Positions 50,936-61,898 of a stretch of 64,000 nucleotides of DNA are shown here, in pieces. The stretch covers positions 40,864,401 to 40,928,400 of the forward strand of contig CM120641.1 of assembly GCA_051362555.1 (NCBI GenBank), given 5' to 3'. A program made the translations under genes and the position numbers. Position 1 is the stretch's first letter, and each line of letters opens with the position of its first letter. Origin of the DNA: Lingula anatina. Lineage: Eukaryota; Animalia; Brachiopoda. The notes below the pieces were generated by a model. The model saw only the letters and a program-made list of their open reading frames with translations. It was not told the DNA's origin and ran no database searches.

Positions 50936-50947
50936 GCCGCCATCTTG
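50936..50947 (-). promoter_or_regulatory. YY1-type motif AAGATGGCGGCC at the start of the PPP4R3 5' exon
   Basis: Exact match to the established YY1 consensus, just upstream of a strong GTAAGT donor. Confidence 0.5.
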
Positions 50948-52022
50948 AATTCTCAAACAGGTGTGCGGGGTTCACATAAACGTTTCGCATGGAGTTCAGC
51001 GGAAACTACAAATTTCGGAAGCGCTGTGCAGCGGCATAGTCTTGTTTTCAGCAAACAAAATATGTAAAAAGATTTTTTCCGTTATTTTTCATTTTACCTA
51101 TCATTATCATGTTGTTTCCCCACATCAATGACAAAGCGTAAAAGAGAAAAACGCCCTTTAATGTCTTTAATATATTACGTAAGGTAAAGCCTAGCCTACT
51201 AACTAGTAGGGCCTACATCTACCCCTTTTCCAGAGTGAAATATTGTCAGCATAGGCCTATACGCAGCAGCTGACATGAGCTGACTTAGGCCGAGTCAGCC
51301 GCCAATATAATTAAGTAGAGGCCGTCGACCTATCAAGCCTAATACAGACTAAAGGCCTACAGTATGCTTGGACCTCAGCTTACATGTAGGCTACGCCCCT
51401 ATGTAGGCCCTATATCAGTAGGCCTAAACTCATTGCGCCAGGCCCGCTTATTTTGGACATCCCATAGGCCTAAGCTTTGCGACAATGCATATATATAGGC
51501 CAGATATACTTTTTTTAAAACTAATATATATAGGTCTAAAATTATGAAAAACTAATAGATGTAGGCCTATATGTTTACCCAAATAGGCCTAGGCCTATAT
51601 ATTCTTTAAATAAAAAGAATTTTTTATTCTCTTTAAAAACAATGATAAAAGCCATAAAAAGACACATTTGATTTGTTAATAAAATTCGGAACTCTAGATT
51701 GGCGCATCAGTCTCAAAAATCCCGTGGGCTGTGACCATATGTTTAAATGTCTTTTTGTAGGCTATCATTTCGCTTAAGTTGAAACGGAGCACTGGATCGA
51801 AGAGTTCCATCTAATAAAGTGTAAAGTTCCATAATATGGGCCTACTTGTTTAAAATGGACAGGAAAATGAAAATGGACAGTCGCCCTTTAAAATTATAAG
51901 ACTGCATTCCCACAAATTTAGATCGATCAAGAATAATATTTTATCCTATTCTTTGAGACACTATTTGGCCTATTCTTTGAGACACTGTTTGGCAATGAAA
52001 ATCGTGGAGAACTGGGTAGGGC

Positions 52023-52328
52023 CTATATGATGTGGTCGGACTTATGAGTTTTACGGAGAAGACGAGTGGCTGCATTCTGAATAGACTGTAGTTTTTCCAT
52101 TTGATAGTCAGGTATTCCAAACGAGGTTACTGCAATAATCAAGTACACAATGTAGAAGTCACAGATGTATGGTTGAATAGCTCTGTCTGCTTGCTGTTGA
52201 TCAATCATAAGATGAAGAATCTTAGATATTCGTTGCAGATTAAAGTGGGATAATTTACAAACTCTATTTATGTGTGATGCCATCCAGGTTTCTTTCTTTT
52301 GTGCTTGGCTTGATAACAGGGCCTCCAA
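52023..52328 (-). pseudogene. Degenerate L2/CR1-clade LINE ORF2 C-terminal fragment
   Basis: SHINRVCK.S.FNL.RISKI and KLQSIQNAATRLL...KSDHI resemble the conserved post-RT region of CR1/L2 elements (LQ.IQNAAARL...HITP); no RT core is present. Confidence 0.7.
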
Positions 52329-53665
52329 AATCCTATTTACAGCCTAGCCGTATTTATAGGCCTACGAACGGTAGGCCTTCATGTAGTAGACCTACTAGTC
52401 CGGAAGGTACAAACGTAAGGCCTACAGTCAATTTTTGCCCTAAACCCCCCCCCCCCTACTCCAACTACCCCTGTCGCTCAAAATCTGCATTTGTGATGTG
52501 GCAACATAGTCCCAGACCTAAACATTCCGTTTCTCATGGCTTGTGAACACGCGATTTCATTGAAAGGATTTATGTCACCTCATTTATGTAGCCTTACACC
52601 TCTTAATTCCATTTTCAAGACTGCACCCTTATAATTTTCAATTTACCAAACTTGTAGGGGCCTATCCCAAAACGGCCTAAACCCGCTTTTTTATAATAGG
52701 GTCCCCTTGGGAGAGGGGGGGGGGGTAGTGATCACAGTTCACGGGAAGGGAAGTAAAATCATCAATTCACAAACCACAGTAAATCATGGTAAATAAAACT
52801 TTATTCAAATATCTCACTGATGCGTGTCGAAAATCCTGAAAAAAAATCCCCACGAATCGGTAGGGCCTACATGTACTACAGTAGGCCTAGGCCTACAGTA
52901 GGCCTAGGCCTATTTATATTGATGACTTGGTTTCACGAAGGGCGGAGAATGAAAACTGCATTCACAAATTACGTAACCTTGATAAATCCATTAATCTAAA
53001 GAAAATCATAAAACGCCTTCAGAATACCACACTAGCCTACCAGAACGGGAAAAAAATCAAGGTGACGGCCGTGAGAGACGGTCATTTAGTGTATTCAGAA
53101 AAGTAAAAACATCCATGTAGCTAATATTAGATACGGATCCTTTACACTTTTATAAACATGTAGCTAAATGACGTATGAAAGCAGACTCTAAAGCACCTAA
53201 GGAGATTTTAAAAAGCGTAGGCCTACCAGAAAGATTCACTTTTCTTGAAAATTTTGGGAATTCAATCCACCCCTACAGAATGGGTAAACGAAAAAAAATG
53301 GGAATATGAGAAAAATATACCAATTACAAAAGCATTGGTGAACTTTAAAGTTAGACTTGATAAATTAAACTGCTTTACATAGATTCTATCACAGAAACCA
53401 CAATAATTAGCCTTCAAAAATTATGGACCGAGGCCCATGTCAGTTTCCCCAGTAAATTAATATAGACTCCTCCCCCTCAATCCTAGCGTCATCCCTTTCA
53501 TGTTCAAGGCATTTGACTCACAAAATACAGAAGTAAATAGGACCTACAGGTCATTTTAAAATATTGACACTGAAGTATAAAATCAGCGTTTTAAACGATT
53601 CGTGTTTTAAAGACCATTAAGCCCTCGCTGTTTGTTTTAGTCAGGTTTTCTCAATGCACCGAAAG

Positions 53666-53687
53666 GTCACATGACTGATCACATGAC
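53666..53687 (+). promoter_or_regulatory. Tandem E-boxes GTCACATGAC / TCACATGAC just upstream of the MOCS1 ATG
   Basis: Two copies 13 bp apart, 9-30 nt upstream of ATG 53696. Confidence 0.4.
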
Positions 53688-53695
53688 TTAATAGA

Positions 53696-54184
53696 ATGGC
53701 TGCAAAGGCTGGGGGACAAGTTGCAGGTGGCCTGCTGCAAGTGAGCGCACGATCCATTTACTGCAATATCTCTACTTTAAGGCATATAAGCTCATGTCAA
53801 CAAAGAAAGTCACCAGCCCCTTCGGCATCTGCATTTCCTCTTCACAGATACGCAGAGAAGGTAAGGATCGTGAATGACCCCACAAGTCACGTCTCTGCGA
53901 ACTTTACTGTTCAGTGTTTGTACCTGTAATTACAGTATGACGTTGCGGTCGAGTTCGCACAGACGTTTGCATATCACACAGATTGAAGTAGTGTCCGTAG
54001 GTTCTGCTTCGTTTACCTTAACACAACTGAGTGTCTGAGATTGCTTCACTATTTACTTCTAATACATTTAACGAGCTCTGGGTGCACATTCTGCAGGGAT
54101 GTGTTTATCTGTGACTGGGGATTAGGAAGATGACTAGGCTATTTTCTTAATCCAACATGTTTACATTGTTTTGAGAGTGCATGT

Positions 54185-54237
<53 letters not shown>

Positions 54238-57200
54238 AAAGTTTATTCCAAGAGCTCTCCATTACACATATTATTATGTTCTGCATTGTATAGATATTGA
54301 CATAACTGATTGTGTTTTAATTTCAGGCTGATTTCCACATATTCTAACCTTGCATTAATTGGGTAATTTTGAGTGAAATTGGTCTAATTAAAGAGAAAAG
54401 CTAAACCAACTGCAAAAATGTGTGCTCCAACAATTTATTTAATTTATTGTAAAAGATACTGAATATGAAACAACATTCGGTATTTTGTTTACAATTCAGA
54501 TATTTTCTGTTTACTCTTTATATCATTCAGAGGCAGCCTAGCCACTTCCAGGGAAAGGATGTTCTACCATTTTCCGAGTTTCTCACTGACTCTTTTGGCC
54601 GACAGCACACATATTTGAGGATTTCACTGACTGAGAGATGCAATCTGAGATGTAATTATGCTATATAAATCAATGTGCTAAAATGTTATATTAATGTTCT
54701 GCAACAAATCATTTAAAAGGGATTGTTGTAATACACTGCATCTCTTGAAAATAAAAATAAATATCCCAAATAGCTAGCATATAAACATGGAAATAGGAGT
54801 TACAGAGAAGAATATTTCATTTAAATGAGGTGAAAAGATGACTGCCAGGTGAATAACAGTATCATCATATTTTTTCTGATTTTCTATATAATTTCCTATA
54901 TTTCTAGGTCAATATTGTATGCCAGAGGAAGGAGTGGATTTAACCCCCAAGAATAAACTTCTGTCCACAGAAGAGATAATAACCCTGAGTAGGCTATTTG
55001 TAAAGGAGGGGATTGAGAAAATCAGACTAACAGGAGGAGAGCCACTCATCCGAAAAGATTTGTTAGAAATTATAGGTACAGTTAGAAATATGATATATAT
55101 ATATATATCTATTTATATAGATACTAATGTGATCTGCAGGTAATATTAATGCTTCAGTGAATATAATTGAAAATGAAGACAAAAGCAACACTGTTAATTT
55201 TGTTCTTTTAGTTTCTCATATAACAGTATGTGTGAAGAACAAAAGAGCCAGACATGGGGGAACTCACAATCAGACACATTGTGCAGACAATGTAGTACAT
55301 AGATGTGGGCCAGACCATGTCTGGGGCTTTTGTTATCCTCGTCTCTCATATTAAACTCAGACACACTAATACTGCCTTGCACTGGTGTATATCACGTTCA
55401 GTCTTGATGATTTGTGATGGATCTATAGAATTCCTTACCATGCTCAGACTTATTATAGTCAGATCTTTGCTTCATGTATTGTTGTCTGGTGCACATGGAT
55501 ATATATCATTTTCTGATCACGCCTCTATGTCCTTTTTTAGGTGCATTAGATACTTTGAGAAGTGCTGGTCTTGATAATTTGTGATGGATCTTTAGTATTA
55601 CTTACCATGCTCAGACTTGCCATAGTTAGATCTTTTCTTCATGTATTGTTGTCTGGTGCATATGGATATATATCATTTTCTGATCACTCCTCTATGTCCT
55701 TTTTTAGGTGCATTAGATACTTTGAGATACATCTTTTTCTGATCACTCCTCTATGTCCTCTTTTAGGTGCATTAGATACTTTGAGAATTTGTGATGGATC
55801 TTTAGTATTACTTACCATGCTCAGACTTGCCATAGTTAGATCCTTTCTTCATGTATTGTTGTCTGGTGCATATGGATATCATTTTCTGATCACTCCTCTT
55901 TGTCCATTTTTAGGTGCACTAGATACTTTAAGAGATGCTGGTTTACAGAAAATATCAATAACAACAAATGCATTGACATTATCCAAGAAATTACAACAGC
56001 TAAAGACTGCTGGACTCGATCAAATTAATATCAGTCTAGACACACTTCTTCCTGCCAAGTTTGAATTTATCACTAGAAGAAAAGGATGGAATAAGGTGAT
56101 TGAAGGGATTGATGCAGCTCTTGAGGAAGAAATGCATCCCGTAAAGGCAAGTTTCCAGTCTTTTATTTATTTATTTATTTTCTCACTCATTTATTTATGA
56201 TTAAAATATAAGAAAACTCTGGATGTAATGTTTTTAATGACTTTTATGTCTGAACAGGTAAACTGTGTGGTGATGAGAGGGATCAATGAAGAGGAAATCT
56301 GTGATTTTGTACAATGGACCCAAGACAAGGTACCTGTGATCATAATTGGTGATGCAAAATAAGAGCATTAAATACTCTTACACCCCATTCTCATAGATTA
56401 GATCGACCTACATTGGATCGACCTAACTCCCTGGGGGTTCACGCTAAATAGCTGTCAGCCGGGCGGACACGAAAGTTAATTACCCCTTACAGATTGTAGT
56501 AGGCGGGGACGGACACTTAAGGCGGATTATCTGACAGTAATCTAGTGAGACTCCCCGCGGTGATAGATCGATCTAAAAGTTGTGAGAACAGAGCCTTAGA
56601 GTAGCCAACTTACAAATAAAGGTGTTTTCAAGGATATTTTTGACAAATGTGTAAATTGAGAGTTCTTTTTAGTCAGAGTTGCTAAAGTTATCATCAGTCA
56701 CTTAGATATAGATTTGTAGCTTATCATGTTTTATGTTTGTATAACATTTGAGAGACTAGACAAAGAGACAAAATGATAGTTAAAGATCCATGAAATATGT
56801 GTAAATTTTACAACTAAGACTTATTAAAAGAAGAAAAATGCAAACATTACCTATACCTTTAAGACTTATTAAAGTCATGGCTAGTTCCAACCAGAAAGTT
56901 CCTTTAAATTGAGTGTAAAAGTTTATTGATGATAATATTGATGGGTATACATATAATATGTATGTTATATATCTATAGGCAATTGATGTACGGTTCATTG
57001 AATATATGCCATTTGATGGGAATAAGTGGAATTCTAAGAAGATGGTTCCATATCAAGAAATGTTAGGCATCATCAGAGCTAGGTGGCCAGACCTGGAGAG
57101 ATTGAGTGATGAAGTCTCTGATACTTCCAAGGTAAATTGACTTTATAGTAATTTATATGTGATATTGTTTATGTTTGGTGTGTTCTTTTTGTTAAAGTTG

Positions 57201-58228
57201 TGTGTGACTACTGCATGCTTCCTGTCTTCAGTATTTATTTTGAAAATAACTGTTTATGAAAAAGCATAATATTCATTCACAGTTCATATAAAAGTGCCTT
57301 AATTATGGTAATGGTTTTGTTATATTAAATTTTTATGAAATGAGTGTATGTCTTTGAAAATTGCATATGGAATTTACTAACTTTTTCACATGACAGTTTG
57401 TCCTGGTTAGCCTGGTTTGAAATGTCCAGTGGCATTTTATTTTGATAAAAAACTGTATTTCAGGCTTATCGGGTCCCAGGTTTTGCTGGTCAGATCGGCT
57501 TCATTACCTCAATGAGTGATAATTTTTGTGGAGGATGCAATAGGGTCAGAATTACTGCTGATGGCAATTTAAAGGTAAGTTTAATGCAGTTAATATCCAA
57601 AAGTATCTGATTATTCCATTGTTGTTAACAATGTCAGGATAAGAAGGAATACATAACATTATATATAATCATGAAAATTTAATTGCACAATCAACAGTGA
57701 TAATGAAACATGGGCTAACTTGTATTATGGCAAAGACATATCTAAATTAACTGAGCAAGAAGTTTTTAAATGTCTGAGGTGTTAAGTGAGTGATACTATG
57801 ATGATTTCCTCCCTTGCTGCCTTGCCCACCCCAGGTGTGTTTATTTGGAAATGCTGAGGTGTCTCTGAGGGATGCTCTGAGATCAGGCACATCTGAGCCA
57901 GAGCTCTTGGAAATAATTGGAGCTGCAGTGAAGAGAAAGAAGAAGCAACATGCAGGTAAAAAAAGAAGAGCATGTCACTGCATGTGTTATTTTTTTCTTC
58001 TTCATTTTTGCCCCTTGTACATGCTGGAGAACTTGAAGTAAAATTTTGAGGTCAGGCATTTGATTGAAAATTGTGTTGAAAGCAAAGTAGAAATATGTGA
58101 AAGTGAAGAAAAAAACTCTGGTTGAATTTTTTTCAACATTTTCTATTATGTGCTGCTGTTTCATATTTTCAGGCATGTTGTCCCTAGCAAAAATGAAGAA
58201 CAGACCAATGATTTTGATTGGTGGGTGA
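53696..58228 (+). CDS. MOCS1: MOCS1A (MoaA-like GTP 3',8-cyclase, radical SAM); exons 53696-53860, 54531-54651, 54908-55075, 55914-56146, 56258-56329, 56979-57131, 57464-57574, 57835-57955, 58173-58228
   Basis: [27 protein letters not shown] (CxxxCxxC), [55 protein letters not shown] (auxiliary cluster) and the terminal MILIGG-stop. Confidence 0.96.
55401..55935 (+). repeat. Tandem duplication of the intron 3/exon 4 junction of MOCS1 (~167-bp unit, 3 near-full copies plus 1 partial)
   Basis: TTTAG|GTGCA(T/C)TAGATACTTT(G/A)AGA occurs with the AG ending at 55540, 55707, 55766 and 55913; ATTTGTGATGGATCT...CTCAGACTT blocks occur three times. Confidence 0.9.
56381..56595. mobile_element. MITE family A copy 3 (interior inverted relative to copies 1 and 2), in a MOCS1 intron
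   Basis: Reverse-complement similarity to 6386-6611; TTA on both flanks, the classic PIF/Harbinger TSD. Confidence 0.75.
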
Positions 58229-59136
58229 ATACTCATTTTATTTTTCACGTATGTATATATTCATCACAATACAAAAACAACCTGTGGCTTACATGTACAT
58301 GTATATATAGAAATGCAATGTAAGACACTAATATTTCAATCATCATTTCCTTCTTATTTCTGTTTATATATTTATTTTATTTTGAAATTGGAAATGAATA
58401 AAATCATTGCTGTTCTCTGAAAGGTTTTATTTTATACAGAAATACATTGACCAAAGGCCATTCCACAGTTTTATGTTTGTTACAAAATGTAGAAAAAATG
58501 AATCTTTGCAGCTATTAAGTAGTGTAAATATGCAAAAACTTTTTATGATGACAGTAGTGATAGTTGCCTACTATATATATATGATAACTTATAAGGTCAA
58601 AAAAATTCTATCATCACATCATGATTGAAAGTGCTTATCGTAACAGAGAGAAACAGGAAAAATTCTAAGTTCGTGATATTTAAGAAGAAAAATCTTTGAA
58701 GTATGCCAATCTGTTATTATCTCCACATTACTCTAGTTTTCTAATTTCAAAAGGGACTTAAACTCATTGTTCATTATTTTTGATCATGAATGAGATGAAT
58801 TTTATAAGCCTCTGTGAAGAGTTATGGTGGTATAATTAAAGAGGGAACAATCAGCTTTAAGTACTTTTAGTCAAACCTCATTGGAGAATGACTAGGGATT
58901 CTGAATTTTTTGTTGCGAATTGACTTGATAGTTTGTGGCTAGTAAATATTTATTATGTTTTAATTTTTGATTTGAAATAAGTTTAATTGATGTAGGAGTA
59001 AGAAAATATGCAAATAATGATGATGGGTTAAGTTCAGTATTTCCTTGTACTTGGCTAATTATTTATTTGCTCATCCAAAATATATTGTGGACTAGTCAAA
59101 TATTGATTATTCATTGAATACATATATTTTTTACAG

Positions 59137-60113
59137 ATAACAAACACCAAACTGTGATGCCAAAATATACTGCAAAATACGCACAGTGTCATTTTAAGAG
59201 TGCTACTGAAGGCATGAAGAGTCCCATTTATAACATTAAACACTGTCCATTACCTGGACAGGGATTTGTATTTTATTCACAGAATTCTTATATGCAAACT
59301 CAGTATGATGGTGTTTCTTGTCGACATTACTCAAAGAAAACGAGTGACATCAGTGGGGACAAGGAGCACCATCAGGATACCAAAGAGAAAGATCAGCAGA
59401 AGCAATATACAAATTTAGAAAGTGACGGTGTGACTGACATTGACACCATGAAGTACTGGGGGAGTGATTACTATACTTTTGTTTACACAAATAATCAAAA
59501 GAAATTAAAAGGTGCTGACAGTGGAATGAACCCTCCAGATGCATTTGTCCCAAATAATAATCCACCCAAGTATCCAGATGTTGATACCAAGTACAGTGAA
59601 CATTACAAGATTTCCCAGCTGCCATCAGAAATTGATGTCCCTGAATTGACCCACATTGATCAGGAGGGCAAGGCACAGATGGTGTCTGTTGGTCACAAGA
59701 AGGACACATTGAGAACAGCCACAGCATCAGGTGTAATCACAGTGGGAAAAGAAGTGTTTCACCTCATAGAATCCAACCAGGTGAAAAAGGGTGATGTGTT
59801 GACTGTGGCAAAACTAGCTGGGATCATGGGTGCAAAACAGAGTTCAAACTTAATCCCACTGTGCCACAACATTCCTTTAAATTCCATTGAGGTAGAGCTC
59901 AGTTTGGATGCAGTGTCTCACAGTATTCTCATTGAGGCAACTGTTTCCTCTTCTGGAAAAACTGGTGTTGAGATGGAGGCTCTCACTGGAGTCACCATTG
60001 CTGCCCTGACTGTGTATGATATGTGTAAGGCTGTCACGCACAAGATGGTCATCCATGACATCAAATTATTGTCTAAATCTGGTGGTCAGAGGGGAGACTA
60101 TAAATATAAGTAA
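59137..60113 (+). CDS. MOCS1: MOCS1B (MoaC-like cPMP synthase) terminal exon: long linker plus MoaC domain
   Basis: LTHIDQEGKAQMVSVG, KKGDVLTVAKLAGIMGAK, LIPLCH, KTGVEMEALTG, LTVYDMCKAV and KSGG MoaC motifs; phase-1 acceptor TTTTTTACAG ends at 59136. Confidence 0.93.
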
Positions 60114-61898
60114 TACTGTTGTGATGAACTGTGAAACAGTATTAAAACAATATCATGTGTTGCCAACGATCAGGTAGACAGGGAAATATTAGTAAAATTG
60201 CTATACTGAAAAAAGATTAAAGAATATTGATTGTTGATAAAAATCGGTGAGACAGGGGAATGAGAGTAAACTTTTAGCATTTAAAGAGTGTTTCAAATAT
60301 TTGACATGTTTTTAAAAAGCTATTTTTATAAATTAAATGTTAAATTAAGTTTTTAAAGGATCTATTTTGGTTCCATTATGGTGTTGATCAGTAGGGGTAT
60401 GTCAGAAAAATATGTTGTAATTGGGTAATGTTTGCGTCTTCCTAGTGACTTGTCATTTTATTGATAAAAACCGAAAAGTAATATCATGTTATACATTACT
60501 TATTTGAAATTGTTTTGTATTTTTAAAAAAATTCTAATGTCGAAACCTCTGGTAAAAAATTGTTTTTGATAGATGTAATTGATTTTGATATTAGTTGACA
60601 TTGGAATGTCATATGAATTTTTACATTTTTGTTTGTAATTATTTTACAATATTCAGAAGCTGATATAATAAAGAGATTTTCAAAATTGTATTTATATTTT
60701 ATTAAAAAAGAGATTCTGTGTGTTATCGGTTGTGGGTTAATTAGAATTGCTTATGATGGAATCACTGAAATTGATTGACTTAACCAATATTACTCTCTTT
60801 TGTATTTAAGCTATGAGTGAGTTAAAGGAAATTGTGCTATGGACAAAAAATAAGAAAGTGACAACAATATTGTTACTTAACTGGGCATTTAGATACCATG
60901 GTCAAAGAAATGGTTCATTTGATTGATGATCTTCAGTCTCAAATTCTCTGCCAGCAACTGTAATTACATTTATTACTAGTATCTCAGATGCATGTTAAAA
61001 TTATTTTAGTAATGGGATTTATTACACCTTCAAAATTGAGTGGAAGTTAAAACTGTGGGAAAGATGGGTTTCATTGCGAAAGTGGTCTTAAGAGTATTTT
61101 AATATAATGTTTTGGGATTTTTTGTATGAAGTGACAGCTGGTAGAAGGTGAAAAATGGTTTGACACCCATCAGGGACAAATTCAAATTCCACAAACTTCT
61201 ACTTTGGTAGATTTGCTAAAGATTTAAGTGATATCAGACACTGTTTCAGCTGTCTTCCTTTTTATTTTTATTTATTTATTTTTAGAAACTAGGCTTGTTA
61301 ATGATTAATTATTTATAGGTTGTGAAAACTGTCCGTATTTTATCTGTTAACGAAGTGTATTAAGAGGAAAATTGGGTTTCCATTATCAGTTTCATTAATA
61401 AACAGTAAACAAAGCACTTATTGTTTCCTTTTATTTAGTTATTCAAATTTCATAATTCAACATTTCGAGCTTGGTTACACTGTAGCATACATGGATTCTA
61501 TAAACTGCGCATATGGATTTTCACGGATGACATTTGTAGCCCAGAGAATTACGTAAACAGAGCTAATTATATGCAATTTATTTATGCGTAATTTTCCCCG
61601 TGACATTTCTTCTACAATAGTTAGAACCCCTACAAGGGCCCCAGGGTTTCTTCGGTGGCAATGTTGAATAGAAAAGCATGTGAATCATTCATAAATGCTA
61701 TACAGTGAATAATAACTTACGATATTCTCCACTCCATATGATAAACCAAAATGTCACTGATGCTTAATGTTGCCGTCGTTTGCAAATTTCTTATTGGATT
61801 AATTGCGATACATTTATCTCCTGTCTGTTGTGGTTTGAACTCGTAGTACTTAAGTCGTAGTTTGAATCGGGACAGCGCTTTTAAGTTACACGGCGAGA

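Noticed and set aside
55562-55913. Hydrophobic N-terminal half of the 212-aa ORF as a separate membrane protein
   Set aside because: Derived from duplicated intron sequence; only 55914-56146 is the conserved MOCS1A exon.
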